NCBI GenBank assembly: GCA_030390025.1
Contig: CM059432.1
Coordinates: 91,576,001-91,640,000 of the forward strand
Direction: 5' to 3'
Length of the DNA: 64,000 nt
Source of the DNA: Squalus acanthias
Taxonomy: Eukaryota
Position numbers and translations under genes: made by a program. This document shows, piece by piece, positions 1-11,490 of the stretch (position 1 is the stretch's first letter; the number at the start of each line of letters is the position of its first letter). Under the pieces are notes generated by a model. The model was not told the DNA's origin, did not search any database, and saw only the letters and a list, made by a program, of their open reading frames with translations.

Positions 1-404
1 TCGTGGGAGGTTGAGGGGGTGATCGGAGGCCTCATGGGAGGGATCAGAAGCCTCAAGGGGGTGTCCTTGCAGTGGGTGGGTGAAGCAGGGATGTTAGATC
101 CAGGAGGTAAAGGCACATACAGTTTTCACTTCACTTTAGCTGGCGGGTTCCCCAAGGCCTGAGAAACCCAACCAGCCAAATTTAAAATGGTGGTTAAATC
201 TGAGACACGCAGACTCATTATAATATTTAAATGGGGGACCCGCCTCCTGGGAGTGGGTTGGCTGCCCGCCTACCCGTCCCGTCTCCGTTAAAACCGGAAG
301 TGGGCGTGTTGGAAGTGGGTTGGGGTCGGGATTCAGTTTATTAACACTTTAACCTCCCACCCGACCCCAACCCACCCATTTTCTGGGGTTAAAATTTCCC
401 CCCC
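1..404. mobile_element. Right end of a non-autonomous PIF/Harbinger-type element (MITE), cut by the window edge
   Basis: GC-rich body ending in GGGGTTAAAATTTCCCCC. A similar terminus (GGGTTAAAATCAGCCCC) closes the element at ~6044. Confidence 0.55.
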
Positions 405-1049
405 TTGGTTCTGTTTGCTCAGTAAATTAATAAATGTGGCGAGGAATAAGTGCTTAAAGCCAAAATCAGGTATTTTTAGGCCCTTCACTATTCTTGAATA
501 TTTTTGCAAGCATTAGCAGCTGCTGCAACTGGTCCTTAAACATCATTTCATTTACGTGAAGCTAGCTATCTGTTGGATTAAACTGCAGCAAAGGGCTTTT
601 CTATATCGAAGGCAGCTTTATGAAATAAAGTGAATCATGCGATAGTGCTGCTATTTTAGATGTCTGCTGGCACACTGGCAGAGACAGCTGCACGAGATTT
701 GACGGAAGGTGATGAGATCTTAATAAACCAAAATAGAATAGGAGCTTGGGATTCTGGGAACTACTTGCCTGAAGACAAAAATATTTACAGTTGCCTAAGG
801 CAACCTGCAGAATTTCTGAAAACAGATCTAGTAACAGTCAGCCACATTTGAAATCCTCTAGGTGGCTGTTCATGATTTTTCGTGGGGCAGCTGTGCTTAT
901 GCTTGGAATGATAGCCTATTGTTTTTAATATATAATTAATCTGTATGGTTATGGAATAAACTTTTTCCCTTGCCAACTATTTGAAAATTTATTGAGATTC
1001 ACAAATTATTTCAATGAGCAGGTACATAGAAAATACTTCTTGAGACATA

Positions 1050-1792
1050 GGGGTGATTTTGTGAATGGGGGTGCGTTGGAGGCGGGACTGCTGCTTGTCG
1101 GGTTTAAGTCCCGCCTCCATCGACTTGTGGCCAATCCACGCTATTTTCCCTTGATTGACCTTGTTAAGCCCGCCCAGCGGGCTTAGCAGGCCAATTAAGG
1201 GGAAGCCGGTTACAAAGAACGCCAGCGTATGACGTTTCATCTGTCAAAACCTATTTTGTGAGCAGAAAGCAGATGGCTGTTGCATCGGAGAATGCAGCAG
1301 CCATTCTGTCATCTCTGCCACTGAGATGCCAGAGCCTCTGCATCCCCAACGATTGAAGCCTTCAGGAAGAAACAAAGGTAAGGAAACTTTTTCTATCACT
1401 TTTCACTCACCTCACATACTTACCTCTCCACACTTGCACCCATCACTCACCTCCACAGCGCACTTTTGGACCCCTCCGACCCCCGCAGACCCACTGCTCG
1501 CTTCGCTGACCCTGTCGGGGTTTCCCGACGTCGGGAAGCTTGCACCTCTAATGGAAAAATGGGGATAATCCTTTTAACTGCCTGTTAACTACCTGTTAAC
1601 AGGCAGTTAAGTGGCTGTAATCCCCTTCCCGCCTCCAGGAGACGGGACCTGGCGCGGGTCGGGTACCCGCCTCCTGGGAAGATGGCACAGAGGCGGGTTG
1701 GGGGCGGGATGGGCACCCGCCCCCAGATTCTGCCATTTTCCCGGCAGTTCCGCCTCCAAACCCGCCTCCCCAGGGCTGGCAAAATCGTCCCC
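1050..1792. mobile_element. Non-autonomous Harbinger-type MITE
   Basis: Imperfect TIRs GGGGTGATTTTG / CAAAATCGTCCCC, flanked by ATA on both sides (3-bp TSD). Confidence 0.7.
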
Positions 1793-1846
1793 ATAGTGAT
1801 CTGGATTTTCCTCCCTTTGGCAGGTTTGTGGCAACTCTAATAATGT

Positions 1847-2222
1847 GGGTACGGTAGCATAGTGGTTATGTTACTGGACTAGTAATCCAGGGATACGAGT
1901 TCAAATCCCATCACGGTATCTGTGGAATTAAAAAAATTCAGTTAATTAAATAAATAGTATGAAACCACCGGATTGTTGTAAAAACCCATCTGGTTCACTA
2001 ATATCCTTTAGGAAAGGAAATCTGCTGCCCTTACCTGCTCTGGCCTGTGGTTGACTCTTAACTGCCCTATGAAATGGCCTAGCAAGCCATTCAGTTGTAT
2101 CATCTCACAGACTACAGCGGTTCAAGCAGGTGGCTCACCACCACCTTCTCAAGGGCAATTAGGGATGGGCAATAAATGCTGGCCTTGCCAGCAATGCTCA
2201 TGTCCAATGAAAAAAGAAAAAA
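1847..2222 (+). mobile_element. tRNA-derived SINE with a LINE-derived 3' tail
   Basis: A-box-like TAGCATAGTGG and B-box-like GAGTTCAAATCC. The 3' ~110 nt (CAGCGGTTCAAG...CTCAAGGGCAATTAGGGATGGGCAATAAATGCTGGCC) match the LINE ends at 38.6, 54.0 and 59.8 kb. A-rich tail. Confidence 0.8.
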
Positions 2223-2359
2223 ATACCTGCTGTTAACTTGCTGCAGGTTCCTTGTTCGACAGCAGGATAATTTGCAGGTCAGAAAACAGCCCTTCATTGG
2301 ATTAATGCGGGAGGGAGGGAAATAGTGCTGTGGGATCTTTTATGTCCACCTAAGAGGGC

Positions 2360-2733
2360 ATTGGAGAGGGTGCAGAGAAGATTTACAAGGATGATACCAG
2401 AAATGTGAGGTTAGACCTATCAGGAAAGGATGAACAGGCTGGCTCTCTTTTCTCTTGAAAAAAGAAGGCTGAGGGGTGACCTAATAGAGGTCTTTAAAAT
2501 TATGAAAGGTTTTGATAGAGTGGACACAGAGACAGTGGTTCCACTTGTGGGGAAGAGCAAAACGAGAGGCCATCAATATAAGATAGTCACCAAGAAAACA
2601 ATTGGGAATTCAGAAAAAACTTCTTTATCCATAGAGCAAAGACAGGAGGAGGTTTGAGTGGATCATAAACTCTGCCATGGACTGGTTGGGCCGAATGGCC
2701 TGTTTCTATGCTGTATATTCTATGTAATTCTAT
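2360..2733 (+). mobile_element. CR1 LINE 3' fragment
   Basis: LFSLEKRRLRGDLIEVFKIMKG motif, GGGCCGAATGGCCT 3' hairpin and TTCTATG tail repeats. Confidence 0.85.
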
Positions 2734-2769
2734 GAAATACAGTTCTGGTGCAGTCTTTGAAATCAGCAG

Positions 2770-3000
2770 CTTCAAGGTGTCAGCAGCTGGCAGAGCCCCA
2801 GGTTTTCAAATACATCATTGGAGGTGCTGCTGCCAGGAGGGAACATCTGACGGGCACTGAGGACAGGAGGCCTCATTGGAAAGTTGAGCAGGCTGTTAAG
2901 AGGGAGGTTGGAGAGGCAGTCAGTGAAACCTCCATCAGCTCAAGAACTGATACACCATGCAGAAAGAGATTCAACAACCTCAATAGGATGGCCAAGGTAA
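2770..3000 (+). pseudogene. Degenerate Harbinger Myb/SANT-like DNA-binding gene exon
   Basis: SRTDTPCRKRFNNLNRMAK followed by AAG|GTAAGC donor. Homologous to 33271-33510. Confidence 0.55.
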
Positions 3001-3736
3001 GCCAAGGCTCTTTTGCCTGTACATGTCCTCTATCGCCCATACAGCTTCACTCACCAGTTTAACTATCATACTCTTTCACTCAGCATGTGGATGTTGGGAA
3101 AACTCACTTCTTCCAAGGGCAACCTCTCCAAACACTCAAGCACTTTCTTTACTCAAAACCACTCTCCCAAATCACTTTTCCTGCCACAGGGCTTCTCCGA
3201 GTCTTTGTTCAAAGACACTTCTTTTAAAAGAACAAGACACCTTCACCTCTCATCATCATGGCATGCACAATCTCATATGGTGTGAATCTCTATGCCACTC
3301 ACAGGCCTGTAACATTGGTCCAGATTTTCTCGCAACAATGAGATTGGAGACACACACTGTAAACCTCACCATCTAGCCGCAGTGGAGGGGGTGGGGGGAT
3401 TACCATCGCTGAACCCTCAGTCTGCAGGAAGAGGAAGCATTAGATGTTTGCTGTTCTTTGCAGTGCGCCGTGGGATCTTGTATGTCCACCAGAGAGGCAG
3501 ACGGCCTCGGTTTAACATCTTTTTAAAAAAACACCTCCAACAGTGCAGCATTCCCCTGCTTTGCTTTACTAATACCACATGGTCACTGTTCCCATATGTA
3601 AATTCAAGTTCTTTCTTTCATCATATTCATGATCTATGCTCATCATGCAACTATATCCAATCCTTTGCTGATGATTCCACTCTGTTCATCAAGGTCCTTC
3701 AGAGCCTCAAGTGAACACAACCTGCAGTCTTCTCAT

Positions 3737-3830
3737 AGTGCAATGTCTGTATCATTGCATCTTGATATCCTTCATGTCCTTAAGTGCAATGTCTGTATCA
3801 TTGCGTCTTGATGTCCTCCATGTCCTTAAG
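3737..3830. repeat. 46-bp tandem duplication
   Basis: AGTGCAATGTCTGTATCATTGCRTCTTGATRTCCTYCATGTCCTTA present twice. Confidence 0.85.
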
Positions 3831-3842
3831 CACATAAGCTAG

Positions 3843-4210
3843 GTTGATAACAGTGCAGTACTGAGGGAGTATTGAATTGTTGGAAGTGCCCTCCTCAAGA
3901 TGAAATGCTAAACTAAGCACTCTCTGTCTATTCAGGTGGATGTTAAAAATCCAATGGCACTATTTTGAAGACCAGTAGGAAGTTTTCTTGGTGCCCTGGC
4001 AAACTTTCCTCCTTTAAGCAACACTGCTACAAAACAAATTAACTGGTCATGCATCTCACTGATGTTTGCATGATCTTACTGTGTGCAAAATCACTGCCAT
4101 GTTTGCCTACATAACAACAGTAATTGTACTTCAAAGCAATTTATTATATGTGAGCTCTTTGGGACATTTAAAAGAAATGTAACCATATAAATGCAAGTGT
4201 TGCTTTCTCT
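3843..4210 (+). mobile_element. Deu-domain SINE (DeuSINE/SacSINE-like); further minus-strand fragments at ~2320-2358 and ~3460-3555
   Basis: CAGTGCAGTACTGAGGGAG...CAGGTGGATGTTAAAAATCCAATGGCACTATTTTGAAG and 3' TATAAATGCAAG resemble the Deu domain and tail as I recall them. Confidence 0.7.
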
Positions 4211-4799
4211 TCAAAGACTCCATTTCTTCATCTCTCACAAATCTATCTAACAACTATAACCTCTTACTTTTGTTTGACACTGCTCTTTGACATTTATCTA
4301 TAAGCATTCTTGTCCTCACTATTCCCTCTGACCTCAAATGGAACTTTGATATCTCCTCCATTTCTGCAGTGTCTCCAAACATCTTGGTTTTCTCTTTCAT
4401 GTCAAACACTTATCTTTCCGCCACACATCTTAACTCTCTATAGATCAAAGCCCATCCAAGTCTTAAACATTGCTCCCATGTGGTGGTAATGGCGGGGGGT
4501 GGGGGGGCGGGGGGTTGGGGGGGGTACGGGTTGGGGTGGTTCTTCCAACCTCTCTGTTAAACTCTTACATAGCATGTTAGAAAATGGTTCTTGTCTAATT
4601 GAAAATCCCTTTCTCACTTCTAGCCTCTACCTCTCTTTCACCATCACAACATTCTTGTCTTTTATTTGTTTTACTAATACCACTATGGTCATTGCTCCTT
4701 TGAACACCAGTAGCTGCAATGGATAGGTGCTGTATTATTTGAGAGGATAGCACTGTGCTGTGAAAGGGGCTGTTGGGGAGGAGGAGGAGGAGGAACTAA

Positions 4800-5604
4800 G
4801 TGAGGGGCCTGTGGAGGAGGTACTGTACTGAGTGAGGGGTTCTATGGAGGAGGTACTGTACTGAGTGAGGGGTTCTGTGGAGGAGGTACTGTACTGAGTG
4901 AGGGGTTCTGTGGAGGAGGTACTGTACTGAGTGAGGGGTTCTGTGGAGGAGGTACTGTACTGAGTGAGGGGTTCTGTGGAGGAGGTACTGTACTGAGTGA
5001 GGGGCCTGTGGAGGAGGTTCTGTACTGAGTGAGGGGTTCTGTGGAGGAGGAGGTACTGTACTGAGTGAGGGGTTCTGTGGAGGAGGTACTGTACTGAGTG
5101 AGGGGTTCTGTGGAGGAGGTACTGTACTGAGTGAGGGGTTCTGTGGAGGAGGTACTGTACTGAGTGAGGGGCCTGTGGAGGAGGTTCTGTACTGAGTGAG
5201 GGGTTCTGTGGAGGAGGAGGTACTGTACTGAGTGAGGGGTTCTGTGGAGGAGGTACTGTACTGAGTGAGGGGTTCTGTGGAGGAGGTACTGTACTGAGTG
5301 AGGGGTTCTGTGGAGGAGGTACTGTACTGAGTGAGGGGCCTGTGGAGGAGGTTCTGTACTGAGTGAGGGGTTCTGTGGAGGAGGAGGTACTGTACTGAGT
5401 GAGGGGTTCTGTGGAGGAGGTACTGTACTGAGTGAGGGGTTCTGTGGAGGAGGTACTGTACTGAGTGAGGGGTTCTGTGGAGGAGGTACTGTACTGAGTG
5501 AGGGGTTCTGTGGAGGAGGTACTGTACTGAGTGAGGGGTTCTGTGGAGGAGGTACTGTACTGAGTGAGGGGTTCTGTGGAGGAGGTACTGTACTGAGTGA
5601 GGGG
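4800..5604. repeat. 33-bp minisatellite (~24 units) with a 167-bp higher-order repeat
   Basis: Unit GAGGAGGTACTGTACTGAGTGAGGGGTTCTGTG. A 32-bp variant (GGGGCCTGTG) recurs at 5001, 5168 and 5335, each followed by a 36-bp variant. Confidence 0.97.
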
Positions 5605-6091
5605 CTGCAATGAGGAGGAGGCATTTTATCCTGGACCTTAGTGGAGAAGCCACTGTGGTTTTCCTGCTGGGCTGAAACAGGTCGGCAGCTGGTGGGAAGT
5701 ATTAATTGGCCCTCTAGGTAAGCCAAATTATGTCATTTATGGGGCCAGGAGTAGCAGGGGTGCTCTTCCGGACCCCACAAGGAAAGTCACAGCCTCCGCT
5801 GCCCGACTGCCCCTCTCTCCTGCAGGATCCTCCCAGAACAGCCTCCCTGCCACTTACCTGGTAGCTGGTGTATGGCCAATGGTTACCCAATCTTTACCAG
5901 CCTGCATCTGGTCTGCACCCTCTTCCCATTGGCATCATTTAAATGAGGCCCAGGAGTTAAAATACCCCAGGCCTGAAACTTAGGCTAGTGAATGCATTAC
6001 ACCCTCCATTCGCCCGAAACCCAATCAGGGTTAAAATCAGCCCCATGTGGTATTTGTAGATTTTGGGTAAAATACCCACATTTTTCAGAAA

Positions 6092-7316
6092 GGGGGAGAA
6101 ATTCGTGTTAGTCAGTAAAGTTGGCGATGTCACCAGCAAATGGAGTTAACGGCCGCTGAAAATGGCTGCAGTGCTAACAGTGCAGAGATTGTTGGCGCCA
6201 TACTTACCTTCCGTGCAAAGCCGTCCTGGTGGTGTTGCTGGAGGCATCTGCCCGATGTGCAGGTGCGCCGTTCGAGCTTCGCACAGCCTCTGGAAGCGAG
6301 GCTGTGGCGCTCGCAAGGAATTCTGGGCAATGAAAAGGCCTGTGAATTAAAGGAGCCATGCACTCAGAAGTAATACAAATTAAAATCCAGTGAAACAATG
6401 CAGTTTTCAGCCCTTTCTGCCTTTTAAAAAAAAATTAACATTAAAAAATCCCAAATGTGAATATTCAGCTCTTAAAGCTGAATTACCTTCTAACCTCAAA
6501 AATTGGGAAAACTGCCTCAGCACTAACACAAATATCTCAGCAAGCCAGGGAAGGGGCACCCAAGGTCTCGCACGCAGCACTCCAGCTTTGTGCAGGGGGT
6601 CAACACTGCAAGACTGGCCCTCTACCCACAAGGGCCAGGAGGGCCTGCAGAAAGAACAATGTGGGACCACATCACCAAGGCCGTCACTGCAGTGTCGTCC
6701 CCTACCACCTGGCTCCAGTGCCCAAAGAAGCTTCATGACCTCAGACCACTGGTCAAGGTCAGTGAATGCATCTTCAAAAGTCATCTCTTACCAACTGCAT
6801 CACTAGCCTCACACACTGATCAATGCACGACCCCCAATCACTCACCTACCAACAATCTGTACCATCCGAGCCCTTGCAAGTGTCCAGCAGCACTCCCTAC
6901 ACACTTAAAAAAAGTTTTCACTTCTATTGCAGCAAGCCACCACTTCAACAAAATCAAAAAAAAAAATCCAAAAGCTTAAATACATACTTACCTGAACGAT
7001 GTGTATGTCCCTTTAAGAGGTGCTGACATCGCCTCTGTCAGCCTACTTGCAAGCCAGGTTAGGACCCAGCGCTGAATTCAGCACTAGGGTCGAAGTTCGC
7101 GTTTGTGACGTTAAGTCGATGTTGCACGCCGATTGAAGTCACAATGCCGCCATTTTGTTCGGGATGGCGCTGCCAGTTACCAGCTGCGCAAAGGTAGGGA
7201 CGAAAACGGCAGCCACTGTGGGACCCTGTCATCAGCTGGCAAAGGTGCAGCAGCCGCCGTTTAAAGGCCATTTAATGGAGCTGCGAAGTGGTGCTAAAGC
7301 CACGAATTTCTCGCCC
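6092..7316 (+). mobile_element. Non-autonomous Harbinger element with a Myb-like gene remnant
   Basis: TIRs GGGGGAGAAATTCGTG / CACGAATTTCTCGCCC, TSD AAA. Internal WLQCPKKLHDLRPLVK|gtcagt Myb/SANT exon at ~6560-6760. Confidence 0.85.
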
Positions 7317-8098
7317 AAAGAGTTTATTGCTCAGGTTATGAGCAGCTTTCTAAATGAAATATGATTGGAAATCTCTAATTCTAGAATACAGAAATTGGCC
7401 ACTTTGTAAACCAAGACTGACTGCAATGTGGAAAACGGCAGGGCTGTGGCTGTTTATTTCAAGCTGAGACATCCGACAAACATGCAGGCTTTTGTGGGGT
7501 TTTTTGTGATCCCACGTGGTTTACACCTGGAGGTTATCTGGAAATGAAACTGCAGTTGCTGTTTTGAAGCTCATTGATACAGAAACCAAAGCACAAAGAT
7601 GATTTCTGTAACCTTTCACCCTCAGCACTCTTATTTTGTGGTGTTGTTTCCTTTGTTTTGCTGGTGCTCAGTTAAGAATCTCATCCAAATAAGCCACATC
7701 ACAAAGGAAGTGTTGAGGCTTTGGCACAATACTGAACACAGCCTCCGTCACTAAATGTAAATTACTAACACTATTCTGCAACGAGTGCAAAAGCCACAAA
7801 ACCGTTTTTATTCAACAAGCCAAAAATAAAGGTGGAGAAATTCGTGTGGCTTGCACCACACGTTAGCGCCACAAGATGGTGCTAAAATGCCGTTGCCAGC
7901 TGTAACGACAGCTGATGCCGGTTCCAGCGCTGCACGCCATATCGGTGTTGCCAGTAGTGCGGTCGGTAACCTCGATTGTCAAGGAGCTCACCATCATGGA
8001 GATCGTGATCACGCTCACTGGACACCCGCTCTCCCAACTTCGTTTTAAAATGAGAAGTCGCACAACACCAGGTTATAGTCCAACAGATTTATTTAATT

Positions 8099-8137
8099 TT
8101 ACAAGCTTTCGAAGCAGTTCGCTCCTTCGTCAGGTAA
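8099..8137 (-). ncRNA. Minimal type I hammerhead ribozyme motif in the Penelope pLTR
   Basis: Minus strand UUAC-CUGACGA-A-GGAGC gaacu GCUUC-GAAA-GCUU-GUAA: stem I UUAC/GUAA, stem II, palindromic AGCU stem III. Confidence 0.7.
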
Positions 8138-8359
8138 GTTAGCAATGAGAGAATCTCCCAGAATTCACAATTTAAACACAGACAAAATCTATTCACATTT
8201 TTCCTACAACAAAGAGCACAGCCAAGACAATGAGATGTGTCCCAGGGGGTCCAACGTGTCAAACCACCTGCTGGCTGCATATCCTGTCAATTTGTGTTTT
8301 TGTGTTAGTAAAAAAAAAAATTAAAAAAAACACCTGGGAAGACCGGCCATGATGTCAAG

Positions 8360-9493
8360 TCACGTTCTGTATCGTGACATGAACCCGATATCGCGATTGA
8401 GGCCATCCTCATGAGTGCGGAACTTGGCTATCAGTTTCTGCTCTATGATTTTGCGCTGTCGTGTATCTCGAAGGCCGCCTTGGAGAACGCTTACCCGCAG
8501 ATCCGAGGCTGAATGCCCCTGGCTGCTGAAGTGTTCCCCGACTGGGAGGCAACCCTCCTGCCTGGCGATTGTTGCGCGGTGTCCGTTCATACGTTGTCTC
8601 AGTGTCTGCATGGTCTCGCCGATGTACCATGCTCTGGAGCATCCTTTACTGCAACGTATCAGGTAGACAACGTTGGCCGAGTCACATGAGTATGTACCGT
8701 GTACCTGGTGGGTAGTGTCCTCACGTGTAATGAAGGTATCTGTGTCCATGATTTGGCATGTCTTGCAGAGGTTGCCGTGGCAGGGTTGTGTGGTGTCTTG
8801 GTTGCTGTTCTCCTGAAAGATGGGTAATCTGCTGCGAACGATGGTACTTTTGAGGTTAGGCGGCTGCTTGAAGGCGAGTAGTGGAGGCGTGGGGATGGCC
8901 TTAGCAAGGTGTTCGTCGTCATCGATGACATGTTGAAGGCTGCGAAGAACATGGCGTAGTTTTTCCGCTCCGGGGAAGTACTGGACGACGTAGGGTACTC
9001 TGTTGGTTGTGTCCCGTGTTCGTCTTCTGAGGAGGTCTATGCGGTTTTTCGCTGTGGCCCGTCGGAACTGTCGATCGACGAGTCGAGCGTCATATCCCGT
9101 TCTTACGAGGGCGTCTTTCAGCGTCCGTAGGTGTCCATCGCGTTCCTCCTCGTCTGAGCAGATCCTGTGTATTCGCAGGGCTTGTCCATAGGGGATGGCT
9201 TCTTTAACGTGGTTAGGGTGGAAGCTGGAGAAGTGGAGCATCGTGAGGTTGTCCGTGGGCTTGCGGTAGAGTGAAGTGCTGAGGCGTCCGTCTTTGATGG
9301 AGATTCGTGTGTCCAAGAATGAAACCGATTCTGAGGAGTAGTCCATGGTGAGTTTGATGGTGGGATGGAACCTGTTGATGCTATCGTGTAGTCCTTTCAG
9401 TGATCCTTCGCCGTGGGTCCAAAGGAAGAAGATGTCATCGATGTATCTGGTGTACAGCGTTGGTTGGAGGTCCTGTGCAGGTCTCCACATCAT
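8360..9493 (-). CDS. Penelope ORF C-terminal part (RT thumb plus GIY-YIG endonuclease), uninterrupted
   Basis: YTRYIDDIF, Cys motif CHGNLCKTC, VVYLIRC...WYIGET, RMNGH, terminal GLN. 377 codons without a stop; lacks its true N-terminus. Confidence 0.85.
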   Translation of the reverse strand: MMWRPAQDLQPTLYTRYIDDIFFLWTHGEGSLKGLHDSINRFHPTIKLTMDYSSESVSFLDTRISIKDGRLSTSLYRKPTDNLTMLHFSSFHPNHVKEAIPYGQALRIHRICSDEEERDGHLRTLKDALVRTGYDARLVDRQFRRATAKNRIDLLRRRTRDTTNRVPYVVQYFPGAEKLRHVLRSLQHVIDDDEHLAKAIPTPPLLAFKQPPNLKSTIVRSRLPIFQENSNQDTTQPCHGNLCKTCQIMDTDTFITREDTTHQVHGTYSCDSANVVYLIRCSKGCSRAWYIGETMQTLRQRMNGHRATIARQEGCLPVGEHFSSQGHSASDLRVSVLQGGLRDTRQRKIIEQKLIAKFRTHEDGLNRDIGFMSRYRT

Positions 9494-9859
9494 AACTTCG
9501 TTTTAGCCAATGTACTTACCGGCTGGAGAAAGCAACGACAGCATCAGGTGGCATGCAGCAGCAGGAAGCTGGCTCAAGCGACGATATTTAAAGGGATCAT
9601 CACCAATCACTCACACATGACAGGGTTTGCAGTTTGAGTGCTGTGTGCTAATACAAGTTTTACTCAGTCATTTCAAGATTTATTGGTATTAGGGAGTGTT
9701 CTGGCAAGTACAAAATTCCCTCATTATTTGTGAAAGGCTTCAAAGTACAAAACTTGCTAAAAATCATGGGGGCTGTACTGTTAGTCGACCTCGCCCTCCA
9801 GGGATCTATGGCGAAGGGAACGAAGGCAGGGAGGAGGAGGGTCATCAGGGCTCTCAACA

Positions 9860-10905
9860 GGATGCCTTACCCACCTAGATCTTCCGACATCATTTCTCCT
9901 ACCTTCAATTAAGTGAGGAGCAGTGTATTAGGAGGCTCCGCTTCACCAAGGAGGTGGTCACAGAACTCTACCACCTCCTGCAACCAGACCTCGAGTCTCA
10001 GACCAGGGCAACCACGACTCTCCCAGTAGCAGTCAAGGTCACCGTGGCCCTCAATTTCTTCGCCAGCAGATCCTTCCAGTCAGCAACAGGAGATATAGCT
10101 AACAACTCGCAGTTCGCAGTCCATCACTGTATCCGGGAGGTCACTGAGGCTCTCTACAGCAGGAGAAGGGATTACATTGGCTTCCCAGTCACCAGAGAGA
10201 AGCAGGATGAGCGTGCATGTGGCTTTTCCAGGGCTTCCCCATGATGCAGGGTGCCATCGACTGCACCCATGTGGCTTTGCAGGCACCGCATAACAATCCT
10301 GAGATCTTCCGTAACTGCAAAGGCTACCACTCACTTAATGTGAAGTTCATGTGTGACCACACACAGCGAATCCTCAATGTCAATGCCTGCTATCCTGGCA
10401 GCAGCCACAATGCCTTCATCCTGCACCAGCACTCTTCCAGCCACCACACCAAGCTCGAGGGTGGCTGCTCGGAGACAAGGGCTATCCCCTCTCCACCTGG
10501 CTTATGACTCCCCTCTGCAACCCCAACACTCGTGCCCAGCACTCATATAATGAGAGCCATGCTGCCACCAGGAACATCATCGAGCACAGCATCAGCATAT
10601 TGAAGCAACAGTTCTGCTGCCTTGACCGCTCGGGAGGAGCCCTCCAGTACTCGCTGGAGCGGGTGTCCCATTTTGTGGTGGTCTGCAGCATGCTTTGCAG
10701 CTTAGCCATCATGAGGGCGCAGCACTTGCCAGCAAAGATTGCGGGCCACTTCAGGAGGAGGACAAGGCAAGGGATGAGGAGGAGGACGAGGAAGAAGCGG
10801 ATGACGAGAAGGAGGAACAAGAGGGAGGGAGGAGGCAGTGAGACAATCGGCCTTCCGGACGGGCTGTCCGTGACCGGCTCATCAGACTGCCATTCGAATG
10901 AGTGA
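9860..10905 (+). pseudogene. Harbinger (HARBI1-like) DDE transposase, frameshifted
   Basis: [57 protein letters not shown], acidic tail; split across several frames. Confidence 0.85.
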
Positions 10906-11254
10906 AACCCCAGATCCCCGTTGCTCACCTGATCCCCATCATACCATCCCTGTCTCACGCCATATCACAGCATCGTCCTGGGCGCAAATGTGAAATGAGA
11001 GAGACCACAAAATATTCCAAACAGCATTAATAAATTTATCTATAAACATATCACACATATCACATGAATTCTAATAACTAATGACCCTTGTGCCTGCCAT
11101 AGTTGAATAGCTGTCATTGTGTGCAAGGTGTGAGATGTGGGTGCGAGTGTTGCTAGGTAGAGATTGTTGGTGGGTGAGTATTGGGGGTGTGGTACATTGA
11201 GCAGTGTGTGAAGCTTGTGGTCAGATGATGGTATGTAACACTTGTTGAAGCCTT

Positions 11255-11490
11255 CACTCACCCTGACCACCAGTGTGAGCTCGTTAAGCTTCCTCCTGTA
11301 CTGGGTGTGGGACCTGGGGATGTGGTGTGCCACCTCCCCCCACATAGTCCGGCAGACTTGTGGCGAGGCCCTCCTGCCAGTTGGTACAGGGCCGCCCGCC
11401 TTCTCTCCGCCGCTGAAACTAATGCCTTCAAAGCTTCCTCGGAAAACCTCCGGGCTCTCTCCCTGGGGTGGTGATCTGCCATCAGCATTT
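11255..11490 (-). pseudogene. Harbinger Myb/SANT-like gene exon 1 remnant
   Basis: MADHHPRERARRFSEEALKALVSAAERRRAALY ... RRKLNELTLVVR|gtgagt. Confidence 0.7.

Larger units (their letters stand above)
8048..9493 (-). mobile_element. Penelope-like retroelement, 5'-truncated, young
   Basis: 12-bp TSD AACTTCGTTTTA (8036-8047 and 9494-9505), RT plus GIY-YIG ORF, and a 3' pLTR carrying a hammerhead motif. Confidence 0.92.

Noticed and set aside
1847..1920. tRNA gene
   Set aside because: A and B boxes are present, but it continues into a SINE body and recurs as dispersed decayed copies.
4735..5726. Three ~290-aa minus-strand ORFs; possible mucin-like gene or CRISPR array
   Set aside because: They arise from a stop-free minisatellite strand. 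There are no unique spacers and no exon context.
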